In this document: positions 29,802 to 42,945 of the stretch, one piece after another
How positions within the stretch are numbered: the first letter of the stretch is position 1
Layout: every line of letters begins with the position of its first letter
NCBI GenBank assembly: GCA_964016885.1
Contig: OZ024742.1
Span: forward strand, 96,782,001 to 96,846,000
Origin: Eledone cirrhosa
Taxonomy: Eukaryota
Direction of reading: 5' to 3'
DNA: 64,000 nucleotides
The notes under the pieces: model-generated
Database searches by the model: none
What the model was told of the DNA's origin: nothing
Seen by the model: the letters and a program-made list of their open reading frames with translations, nothing else
Program-made: the position numbers and the translations under genes

Positions 29802-29998
29802 TTAACAAAATAGATATTCTTGTGATCAATTATATTTTATTATACATATTTCAGAGGTACTGAGTTAAGTTCAACAGTACGTCCTCATCAGATAATATAA
29901 TATTATATCTGATGAGGACGTACTGTTGAACTTAACTCAGTACCTCTGAAATATGTATAATAAAATATAATTGATCACAAGAATATCTATTTTGTTAA
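29802..29998. repeat. Palindrome (93-bp perfect arms, 11-nt spacer) carrying two divergent HHRs
   Basis: 29802-29894 is the reverse complement of 29906-29998. Confidence 0.95.
29901..29967 (+). ncRNA. Type I hammerhead ribozyme (mirror copy on - strand at 29833-29899)
   Basis: Stem I tattatat/ataaaata (1 mismatch), CTGATGA, stem II ggacgtactg/cagtacctct (1 mismatch), GAAA, self-complementary stem III atatgtat, cleavage triplet AUA. Confidence 0.75.
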
Positions 29999-30589
29999 CA
30001 TTTTGAATTAATATATATATATATATATGTGTGTGAATGAAGTAATTCCATCGGAAAAGTCCAGGAAAAAAGAGTGCTCTATGTATGCAACAGAGCTTAA
30101 TTATTATTATTATGTAATAAACAACATAAGGCAAACACTCAGATAAACGAACATCAACGGCCCTCGCAAGTAAGGTATGGGATCTCAAGGATAGTAATAT
30201 CCCGTAATCTATTGATTGGTCTATATTAGACCATTCGAGGGAGTAACAAAGGGGCACAAAGAATTGTTCTTTGTGTACCACAGAAAAGTATAGGATTTTG
30301 CTAAACTTGAGAGCCACTTCCGCTTGCCTTAACTCAAAGACTGAGATCTTCAGATGCTGTCCTCATCTGAAATCGCATCTGATCTGTAACTGGATTGACA
30401 CTCCTACGATAAATCAACCGCCTTGAACTCCTTCTCTGCTCTTTACTTTTGCTACGGTTTTTATTTTGCTGATTCTACCTTCTGTACTCTTGTATATTTA
30501 AACATTTTTTCTCCCTTACCTCCCCTTATATTTTTACCTCCTCTTAGCCCCCCCCCCCCCCATATATTCTTTTTGTTTTGCCCTTCACA

Positions 30590-32080
<1,491 letters not shown>

Positions 32081-32183
32081 AGTTTTATTTTATTTTTCCT
32101 TTCCTTTTCCCTTTTCCAGCCTCACTTTCATATATATTGCATTTTTGTTTTTAGAATCCATATTCAATAAACAAACCAGGATT

Positions 32184-32243
32184 TTTCATTCTGAGGATTG
32201 AAAGCAAAACGTTTTGCTTTTAAGAAACCACTGGTAAATGGAA
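32184..32243 (+). ncRNA. Type I hammerhead ribozyme
   Basis: Stem I tttcatt/aatggaa, CTGAGGA, self-complementary stem II ttgaaagcaaaacgttttgcttttaa, GAAA, stem III acc-act-ggt, GUA cleavage after 32236. Confidence 0.75.
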
Positions 32244-32272
32244 TAATTGCCTTATGTTGTTTATTACATAAT

Positions 32273-32341
<69 letters not shown>

Positions 32342-32467
32342 AAAGTTCTATTTAAATTATTGGGATACAACAAGTAAATATTTAATAACTGAAATAAAGC
32401 ACTCGACAAGTATTTGGAGGAGATATACGATATTAACAAATGGAAACTATATTTATAAAACCATATT

Positions 32468-32532
32468 TATTTCATTATACATATTTCAAGGATACCAAGT
32501 TAAATTATGGTATGCCTTCATCAGACAAAATA
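32468..32532 (-). ncRNA. Type I hammerhead ribozyme in an inverted PLE pLTR
   Basis: Minus strand: tattttgt CTGATGA aggcatacca-taatttaact-tggtatcctt GAAA tatgta TA atgaaata; same family as 51690-51975. Confidence 0.8.
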
Positions 32533-32879
32533 CAATATATACCAGTTTTATAAATAAACATTGACGTACCCTTTCAAAATGCGACCGTTAGTTTTGGAAG
32601 ACATCAGGATAGTGGTTTGTTTACTTTAGTAAATCGTAGTGTTAAGGATAAGTAAAAAGACGGAGATAGAGAGAGAAACGTGGAGAAAAGAAAGGGAGAG
32701 ATAAATAAAGAAAAAGAGGAAAGAAAAAAGAAAAAAGAAAAAAGAAAAAAGAAAAAAGAAAAAGAAAAAAGAAAAAAGAAAAAGGAAAAAAGAAAAAAAG
32801 TAAAGAGAAAAAAAAGAAAACAGAGGAAAACAGCAGAGAGATATCAAACCACCAGACATAGAGAAAAAACTCAAGAGAG

Positions 32880-33215
32880 AGAAATATAAAAGTAGAAATA
32901 GAGAATAACCATAAAATAGTCAATTTTCTAGATGTAACACTTAATCTCAACACATGTCTTCATTATCCATTTCACAAACTATATGAAAACTTAAATTATG
33001 TCAATTTTAACTCTAATCACCCCAGATCCGTTAAAAATATAGTGAACTCTGTTCAAGAACGAATCTCAAGAATTTCATCTAATAAGAATATATTTGATGA
33101 AAAAGCGCATTATTACAACGAAGCGTTAGGTAGAGCTGGGTATAGAAATAAAATTAAATACATCGATAATAATAATAATAAACAAACTAACCAAAAACTA
33201 ACCATAGATTTGCAA
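32880..33215 (+). pseudogene. Penelope-like RT thumb/linker fragment
   Basis: KIVNFLDVTLNLNT..YPFHK..LNYVNFNSNHP..IVNSVQERISRISSNKNIFDEKAHYYNEALGRAGY, typical of the PLE RT C-terminus. Confidence 0.85.
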
Positions 33216-34662
33216 ACTAACCATAATAATTGCAGCTGACGCATCCAACGTACAAATAGTTGCCATCATCTCTCATTGTTTTCCTGATGGTTTGAAGAAA
33301 GCCATCATACATACAGCTTGCTCATTGTCAAAACAAGAGAGAAATTCCAGTCAAATTGAGGAAGAAGCTTTGGCATTAACACTTGCAGTCAAAATGTTTC
33401 ATAAGATACTGTGGTGACGACTTCTGGCAATTTTTCATATTAAACATCACACAGTCAAAATCAAGTTCCACCAAGAAGTTATCAGTTATCTACTTTTGGG
33501 GTGTCCAAAAAACAAATGATGGCATAGTGAAACAGTTTTTCAATCGTCGTCACTTGTTATCCGTGGTCAATAGATGTTTAGTGTTTGTGGAATGATTTGT
33601 GGTTCCACAGCCACTGCAAACAGCAGACATCAAACTGGTTTACTTAGGACATCCAGGTAACAAGCCGATGAAAGCAATCACACAAAGTTTCGTTTATTGG
33701 CCACATCTGGTTCAAGAGCTAGAGCTGTTTTCTAAAAACTGTGATGTCTGCATTTGTACACTTAAACATCTGCTGAAAAGTGAACCATAAAGCTGGCCAC
33801 AAGACGATCAAGCATAGAACCACATTCACGTAGATTTTGCTGGTCCAATACATAGTGTCATGTATATGATTGTGGTTGATGCATATTAAAAGAGACCAGA
33901 GATAAGAATAATGCCAAACACTACTAGTGCAGCAACAGTTGTATAGATAATTTGGAATACCTAAAACTATCGTTCCAGTGTGATTTGTTTCTGAATGATG
34001 CAATGAAAACAGCATTCGTCATAGGAAGTCACCCCTTTATCATCCATAGTATAATGGCCAGTATAGTGGGCATTATACATTTCAAAGGAGAAGAGGTGCC
34101 AAATGATATAATATTAACCTTCCTATTAGCATACAGAAGCACCCCCATCAAAATGTAGCAGGTAGAAAATGATCAGGTGAATGTATTTTCAGAAGAAAAC
34201 TAAGAACAACATTTGGTTACATGATTCCAATGCCTCAGAATGCAGATGATAACAATTAAATAAATGAAATATCACAATTAGTACAGAGATGCAATCAGGT
34301 GATACGTACTTGTTTGCAACCATCGCGGACCAATACGATGGACAAAGATAGTGGTTATACAGAAATGGGAAAAGGTGATTTATGACATTCAATTTAGATC
34401 AAACGTTTGGAATAGACATATTAACCAGATGCATTACAAAAGCCTGCCTTTACATCATTTACATCATGAATCACAGCTACTACTTGAAATCCTTTTAGAC
34501 ACCTTTAAATTAACAGTCATAAAGGATAGTGAAAGATCAAATGAAACATTTCGACGTTCTACATACCAAAGAAAAAAAGTATCACCTCTGAAGGTAAATC
34601 CTCGTCTCCAATTATATATCCAACGAATTCAAAAGGGAAGTCTAAGGAAGATCCACAGGTGA
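33215..34662 (+). mobile_element. Continuation of the second Gypsy element (RNase H + integrase), decayed
   Basis: IIIAADAS..SQIEEEALAL..VKMFHK (RNase H); GHPGNKPMKAITQSFVYWP..CDVC; IHVDFAGP..VVDAY; FLLAYRSTP; NVWNRHINQM. Confidence 0.85.
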
Positions 34663-35996
34663 GAATCGAAATTATGACTTTCAAAGTATCAAAGAAGACC
34701 AAGGCTTTGCCTTTCTACGAATGAAAATGTATCCACTCGGGAAAAAGGCTGATGTGTGAATATTTGGCTAGCAAAATGTATTGGTCGAAACTAGGACAAC
34801 AGGAATTACTTCTTGGGTGTATCTACCATTGTCCAATCACCTATTTGGAAATATAATTACTGCAATATAGTTGCTTATTATAAATAATAATTCACTAAAT
34901 CGATTAAAGTACCTTTAGATAAGGAAAAAATGGTTCAGGTAGTTCTAACCAATTTTTTTCCACCTCCAAATGTACTTTTCCTGATTTATATAACTATTAT
35001 TTATACTTATCAAATATGACTGTAGTTACCTGTATGCTGTCTACTGTATGTTTGACATTTTAAAATGCTTTGTAAGTCAAATAATCTTGGTTGTTTATAT
35101 GTGTGTATGTATATTTGTACCTTTGCATATGTATGAATTTAAATGTGTTTGTTTGTGTATGGGTATATATGTTAATGTGTATGAAAATCTAAAATATATT
35201 TAATGTAGTTTTAAATAAAATTCCTAAATAATGTCCATCCTCACACATGCCAAATCATATTGCAGGTCATAACATCATATGCCCCTCTTGACTTCTTTGT
35301 ATATTTCCACAAAACAACTATGCTGTTGAGATGTTTCGTGAATTACTGATTGAAGGAAAATATTAGATATTTAAGTTAATTATACAAATTTGTATAAAAC
35401 TGCAATCGTTTATGGTTCAGTAATATGGCCTTGACAGCTGCCTCGTAGGTATCATAGTAGTGCTGGTCTTGTTGATATGCTACTTTACAACCAAGTCTGG
35501 TTTTCTGATTTCTGAGGAATTTAACTTCCCTATGGTTATGGAATTCTATACACTTTGCCAATTTTTTTCTTTCTTCTCTTCAGCTTTCTTTTCAGTAATT
35601 GAGAAAATGAAGATTGCTGAATTTGATTTTAATGTTATATGGGGTATCATGTTTTTGAGTGAAAGTGAAGTGTGAAAGTGAAGGTATTCATGAATTGATG
35701 TTTATGTTTGATAATAAAGTGTGTGCTTCTTATATAAAGTAAAAATAAAAAAAAAAAACAGAAAAAGCCAGCTTATGTTACCATATATTCAAAGAAAATT
35801 ATTTACTTTGGTCCTTTAGTTCTTTTAGCTATATCATATATGTGAAAATTATATGTGTGTGAGTATGGATATATATTGTATATATATATATATATATAAA
35901 TTTTGAGTATATGTTGGTTGTATACCAACACCTAAGTATGCAGATTGGAGCACTCGACGCAGTGCGCAGGGTGGTTTGGTTACTCCGGAGTAATGT

Positions 35997-36468
35997 AAAA
36001 TAAAATAAAATAAATAAGTCAAATGTTTAAAATTTGGCTTCGTTTATTACTGCTATATATATTTCGGTGACAGCCATCTGTGGCTGTGACCTCTTCAGGC
36101 AGACCGAATTAGTGTGGTAGAGACGAGTACACATGTTGTTGAGGTGTATAACTTTGTCAATACTCCGATATGCCCAGTTATACACCGATGTGCCCAGTTA
36201 TACCCCGATATGCCCAGTTATACCCCGATATGCCCAGTTCCTGGTTGGGATGATTCCAGTTCCTCAGTGAAATAACAACCCAACCAGGAACTGGGCATAT
36301 CGGAGTATTGACAAAGTTATACACTTTAACAACATGTGTACTCGTCTCTACCACACTAATTCGAACTGCTTGAAGAGGTGACAGCCAAAGATTGCTGTCA
36401 CCGAAATATATATAGCAGTAATAAACGAAGCCAAATTTTAAACATTTGACTTATTTATTTTATTTTAT
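35997..36468. repeat. Fold-back (arms ~180 bp) with divergent HHR pair and internal 20-bp tandem repeats
   Basis: ~35997-36180 is the reverse complement of ~36288-36468 with several mismatches; ccgatatgcccagttatacc x4 at ~36165-36240. Confidence 0.9.
36050..36102 (-). ncRNA. Type I hammerhead ribozyme (mirror copy on + at 36365-36419 with C3->U)
   Basis: Minus strand: ctgc CTGAAGA ggtcacagcc-acagat-ggctgtcacc GAAA tatata TA gcag; the plus copy has TTGAAGA and a perfect ggtgacagc/gctgtcacc stem II. Confidence 0.85.
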
Positions 36469-36472
36469 TTTA

Positions 36473-36811
<339 letters not shown>

Positions 36812-36813
36812 AA

Positions 36814-38912
36814 AATATGAAATCGAAAATGCAACTGGAGTCTTATTTTTAAAAAATATATATATATTTATTTGGTTCCTTTGCCGGTTTCGGAGTTCTT
36901 CTGCTTTTCAAAAGTAGAGTTGAGATGGAGGGTCTGTAGTATTTCTCACATCTGGTTGGTCTTTAAATGTTACTTGTTTTATATGGAAAAATGTGGCTCG
37001 AAACGCCAGGTTTTTATAGAAGTAATTTGATTGGTTGGTCAATAAGTATAATAAATTTCGCGCCAGTTCGCGTTACAAAGTTCTTCAAACAGTGGGGGGG
37101 GGAGCTCAGGTTGATTTTTCATATATGAGTGTTTGAATTTATTTTTACTTAAAAAAGGGGCTCACGAAGCCTCTTTTTAAAAATGTAATTTGATTGGTTA
37201 TAAATGAAATTATGGTTGTCACGTGAAAAAGTTCATTAAATTTCGCGCCCATATTTGGGAATTTATTTTGTAGCCTTTTAGAGAATTTTATGACAAGCAA
37301 AAAAATGGTCAAGAGAAATGGGATGGGAGAATTGTTCTGGTTCAGTGAATATGACTAGTTCGCTGGGGTGTCAGAGTTCAGAGTTTCTATTGAAATAAAG
37401 TAGACATATGTATGTTTATTTGTGTGTTTGTGTGTGTGTGTGTGTATAGGAAGATGATTATATTGGTAGAAATGTGGGAGGAAGTTGTGTGTGTGTGTGT
37501 GTATGGGTGTTATGTGTGTGTGTGTGTGTGGGAGTATGGAGAGAATATTTATATTTTGTGTGTGTAGGAAAGTGATTCTATTAATGGGGAGAGAGTTGTG
37601 TGTGTGTGGGGGATGTTATGTGTGCGTTTATGGGTGTTATGTGTGTGTGGGAGTATGGTTAGCATGTTAAGATGAAGAGAATATATATGTTGTGTATCAG
37701 TGTGTGTGTGTAGGAAAATGATTCCGTTAGTAGGAATATTTTTGAATGAACATATTTTCCTTACTTATTCGTATTTGTTCTGTTGTATTGTCAGCGCAAA
37801 CGTATGTCAAGTTTTATTTAGTTCGGGTTTTTATTTTCTAAAGTAGAAGGTGTTATGTGTGTGTGTATGTGTATGTTTGGATGGTTAGCATGTTATGGTG
37901 TTGATATAATGTATATTAAACCATATTTAATGGTGGTCTATATTTTTTAGTAAACATATTTTCCTTATTTATTCGTATTTGTTCTGTTTTATATATATTC
38001 TCTTCATCTTAACATGCTAACCATACTCCCACACACACATAACACCCATACACACACACATACCCCCCCCCCCCACACACACACAACTGCCTCCCCAATT
38101 TCTACTAATAGAATCACTTTCCTACACACACACACACACACACAAAATATATATATTCTCTCCATCTTAACATACTCCCCCCCACAACACACACACATAA
38201 CACCCATATATAAACACACACAACTCCCTCCCCCATTTCTACCAATAGAATCATCTTCCTACACACACACACGCACGCACACACACACACACAAACACAC
38301 AAATAAACATACATATGTCTACTTTCTTTATTTCAATAGAAAATATGAACTCTGACACCCCAGCGAACTAGCCATATTCACTGAACCAGAAAAATTCTCC
38401 CATCCCATTTCTCTTGACCATTATTTTGCTTGTCATAAAATTCTCTAAAAGGCTACAAAATAAATTCCCAAATACCGGCGCGAAATTTAATGATCTTGTT
38501 CACGTGACAACCATAATTTCATTTATAACTAATCAAATTACATTTTTAAAAAAAAAGCCTTCGTGAGCCCCTTTTTTAAGTAAAAATAAATTCAAACACT
38601 CATATATGAAAAAACAACCTGAGCCCCTCCCCTCTTCTTTGAAGAACTTTGTAACGCGAACTGGCGCGAAATTTATTATACTTATCGACCAACCAATCAA
38701 ATTACTTCTATAAAAACCTGGCGTTTCGAGCCACTTTTTTCCATATAAAACAAGTAACATTGAAAGACCAACCAGATGTGAGAAAAACCACAGACCCTCC
38801 ATGTCAACTCTACTTTTGAAAAGCAGAAGAACTGCGAAACCGGTAAAGGAACCAAATAAATATATATATATTTTTTTAAATAAGATTCCAGTTGCATTTT
38901 CGATTTCATATT
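36814..38912. mobile_element. Large fold-back element (arms ~36814-37689 and ~37991-38912)
   Basis: Arms are reverse complements with scattered mismatches; no coding capacity; ~300-bp spacer holds a 36-bp direct repeat. Confidence 0.85.
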
Positions 38913-39169
38913 GTTTTCTTTATATTTGCACTTGTGTAGCACACCTCGATTATTTTTCATTTTGTAAAAAAACCTTACAATTATTCCTCTATATCTCTTT
39001 CTCACTTCCCTCCCACCACACTCAGTCTTTCTCTGGAAGAAATCTGCAGCATTCAGGCCTGGCAGACTTAACATTTCATAAACACGCTGTATGTCACTAC
39101 AGTGCCATTACAACTCCAATAGGAATTATGGGACTAAAGAGAAAGAAAGGTATATGTATATTACATATA

Positions 39170-39357
39170 ATTGTTTCTACTTTAGGCACAAGGCCAGCAA
39201 TTACCCAGTTCATTACTGGTTATTTATTTTATCGACCCCGTAAGGATGAAAGGCAAAGTCAACCTCGGCGGGATTTGAACTCAGATCGTAAAGGGACGTA
39301 ACTATGCTGGAAAGCATGGCGTCCGTCTCTCTACCGATACTGCCAATCCATCGCCCT
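39170..39357 (-). mobile_element. tRNA-derived SINE, full length
   Basis: Near-identical reverse complement of 40815-40999. Confidence 0.92.
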
Positions 39358-39401
39358 TATATTACATATAATGAATATGTTTATGTATATATATGTAACA
39401 A

Positions 39402-39473
39402 GCTGTCTGACGATGTCGCGAGACTGGCGCACAGAACAGTGTGGCCTTTCGCCATTGAAATATATATCACAGC
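39402..39473 (+). ncRNA. Type I hammerhead ribozyme
   Basis: gctgt CTGACGA [43-nt imperfect stem II, gcgaga/tttcgc] GAAA tatata TC acagc; AUC cleavage after 39468; stem II closing pair is U.U. Confidence 0.8.
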
Positions 39474-40729
39474 ATTATAATTAAAGGACTTGAACATCTG
39501 AAACTACTTCGCTTTTCCTTATTCGATATTTACTCCGTCACTCCTATGTGGAATAAGTACGTTGAGTGCTTGATTTGAATTGCATCAATATTTACCCTAA
39601 GAATTTAGCTCCAATTAGTTGAGCGCTCTATGATGTAACCGATATGGTGGAGAAGAGACGAACCAACCATGAGCTACCCCTGGAAATTCCCTCTACCATG
39701 GGATGGAAACCCCTGACACTGGACGGACATAATAACAACTTTCGGCAGGATAAATACGCGGAAACAAAGATAAACCCCTATCTTTCTGCACCAAATCGCA
39801 TTTGAACAGAAGCCCCCTCAATTCAACCTATACATGGACAAATTGACAATAATATGGATCATTTTGCATATATGTACTCTGTGTTTTTGCATTCATTCAC
39901 TCATTCACTCATTCATTCATTCATTCATTCATTCATTCATTGGTTCTTTTCTTTTGTGTACTTTATATATGTCTTTGTTGGTTTTGTTCCATGTGATGGA
40001 AATTACGACTATGTACCCACTTGACTACTACCCGTAATACTGTAATTTACCCTCAGTTCTACTGTATGGCACCATCGTTCAGTATGTAGATAGTGTAACT
40101 GTAACATTAGGACCCCTTTCAGAACTTCTTACTTAAACATCTCTCTGCATATTATTTACTCACTTCAATCTATATGTTTTTTCTACTCACCTCAATCCGG
40201 ACTCTCACTTGAAAAATCTTTAATTGTTTAATTTATACTTGTTAATTTTTTAATTTATAATTTCTGATACTTGATTTAGGATTTTCGATTTTAAATTGTA
40301 ATATTTAGTTCTAATTTCACTTATAACTTCCAATATGAAACTATGATATATAGAATTAAAAATATATAATCTTAGGGGTTGATGGTCAGTTATTAGTGAG
40401 AGGTAGTATAGAGACCTGTAAATACTAACACTCTCCCACCCCCACTGGCTTTCGGCTGACTGCCACAGATGGGATGGGTAGCAGTAAACTATGGTGTCGG
40501 CTTGAATGGGTCATTGTCTGGCTGAGAGAGGGAACTGACCAAGCGAATTTCGTTTAAATCTGCGGTAGCTAATGGTCAACTTCCCCCTGGACCTGCGGCT
40601 GCGCAGACCAGTGGGGGTGAAGTGGTACTCACAGGGGAACGGATGAAGAACCCAAAACCACATATTTCGTCCGTTCCCATGTCGATTCAATTTGGATTGC
40701 CTCGGAATATTAACCTTATTATGTAACAA

Positions 40730-40803
40730 GCTGTCTGACGATGTCGCGAGACTAGCGCACACAACAGTGTGGCCACTTTCGCCATTGAAATATATATCAC
40801 AGC
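40730..40803 (+). ncRNA. Type I hammerhead ribozyme (second repeat)
   Basis: Same core and stems I/III as 39402-39473; differences confined to distal stem II; cleavage after 40798. Confidence 0.8.
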
Positions 40804-40814
40804 ATTATTATTAA

Positions 40815-40999
40815 GGGCGGTGGATTGGCAGTATCGGTAGAGGGTCGGACGCCATGCTTTCCAGCATAGTTACGTCCCTTTACGATCTGAGTTCAAATCC
40901 CGCCGAGGTTGACTTTGCCTTTCATCCTTACGGGGTCGATAAAATAAATAACCAGTAATGAACTGGGTAATTGCTGGCCTTGTGCCTAAAGTAGAAACA
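40815..40999 (+). mobile_element. tRNA-derived SINE with 11-bp TSD
   Basis: attattattaa at 40804-40814 and 41000-41010; the empty site is visible in the first repeat at ~39474-39484. Confidence 0.95.
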
Positions 41000-41046
41000 A
41001 TTATTATTAAAAGACTTGAACATCTGAAACTACTTCGCTTTTCCTT

Positions 41047-41085
<39 letters not shown>

Positions 41086-41189
41086 GAAGGAAATGTGTTA
41101 AGAAACCAGGTGGACCATAACGCACCAAAGTACTCAATACTTGGGGTAGTAGAGTGGGTAATAGGAACCAGTAAGGGGTCTTATTGGTT

Positions 41190-41227
<38 letters not shown>

Positions 41228-41421
41228 AACGAGAAGGACCCCGGTGGCTGAGCTCAACCCGTTTCGACGGCTAATTCTGGACTCAGTCCAGAATCAGCCG
41301 TCAAAACGGCTTGAGCTCAGCCGTCGGGTCCTACTCGTTCCTATTACCCACTCTACTACCCGAAGTATTGAGTACTTTGTTGCGTTATGGTCCATCTGGT
41401 TCCTTACCACTTTTCCATCTT
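41086..41421. repeat. Nested fold-back/hairpin element between (TA)n tracts
   Basis: ~41088-41175 pairs with ~41330-41420; 41223-41344 is itself a long hairpin centred on ctggact-c-agtccag. Confidence 0.8.
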
Positions 41422-41641
41422 TATATATAAATATATATATGAATATGTATGTATATCTATGCATGTACAGGCATGTAAGCATATGTAGCCAATTTTACAA
41501 ACAAAACAAAAGAGCACTCAACCTATGTCATGGAGGTTAAATATTTGTAGTAATATAAATGTGAGCATATATGAATATATATATATATGTAGGAGGAGGG
41601 TGTATATATGCGTGTGTATGTGTATATATATAAATAAATAT

Positions 41642-41703
<62 letters not shown>

Positions 41704-42514
41704 ATAGCAATTTTAATGGTATCTCACATTAAGACATTATAGATGTGATGTATGATGTGCTTTCTTTAGATGTGGGGAGGGGAAATGGTGATTTAAACTG
41801 CAGAATTTGCGGTTATTAGTTCCTTGAAAAACCATTTCAAAACCCCCAACCCATGCATTTTACGAAGCCTGTATGACAGAACCCACTCCTCTTTTCTTGC
41901 ATCTCTTCCCCATCTTCCAACATTGCATTCCTGCCTAACCCCATCACCACCCAAATTACCAAGCTCATAAGATGACAGAAACCACTAACCCTCATTTCCA
42001 CTTCCCATCTTCCTATCTCCCAACATTGCCCTCCCACCCAGCCCTACCACGAAACATTGTAGTACATACATATAACCATTAACATACATCTTTCAGTCCA
42101 GCTTACTATACACAAACAATGAATCCCCACTGCCACAAACACCCACTATTCACTCTGCCTTTGTTGGAACTGGTTGTATAAGATATGGTCAACTGAATAA
42201 CTCAATAGTGGCTACTTAGTGGACAATTGATGTCCAAACAGCAGATGCATTACCGGTCACTCTTTTCAAGGAAATCAGTTCCCAATCTGTTTTATGTTTT
42301 TGTATGTGGAGCCAGACAAAAATGCCTCTGCTTATTCCCTTTCTCTCTCTTGCTATCTACTTCATTCTCCTCTCTGTCTCTTACTGCCTCTATTCTATCT
42401 CCATGTCTATCTATCTATATATCTATCTTATCATAGCTGCCTCTTTCATTCTTTCATTTTTATATCCTTCCTACCTCTATTTCTTCCCCTCCTCTACCCT
42501 GTCTTTGTCTTTCT

Positions 42515-42516
<2 letters not shown>

Positions 42517-42574
<58 letters not shown>

Positions 42575-42615
42575 CATCTATATATATATATATATATGTA
42601 TATGCATACATATAC

Positions 42616-42648
<33 letters not shown>

Positions 42649-42660
42649 TATATACATACA

Positions 42661-42722
<62 letters not shown>

Positions 42723-42750
42723 CATACATATATATATATATATACATACA

Positions 42751-42812
<62 letters not shown>

Positions 42813-42945
42813 CATACATATACATATATATATATATATACACACATAGATATACATACATGCATATATATATGTGTGTGTATGCTTATGTGTGTGTGTG
42901 TGTGTGTGTGTATGCTTATGTGTGTGTGTTTGTGTGTGTGTGTAT
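42517..42945. repeat. (TA)n/(TG)n microsatellite field
   Basis: Directly visible. Confidence 0.95.

Larger units (their letters stand above)
39392..41050 (+). mobile_element. Retrozyme-like non-autonomous element, 1330-nt unit bounded by HHR direct repeats
   Basis: Direct repeats 39392-39524 and 40720-41050 (second one interrupted by a SINE), each with an HHR; TA-rich or (TA)n flanks; no RT or endonuclease ORF. Confidence 0.75.

Noticed and set aside
40644-40678. SECIS element (atga..aaaa hairpin)
   Set aside because: No 3' GA for the tandem G.A quartet; the atga is Watson-Crick paired in the stem.
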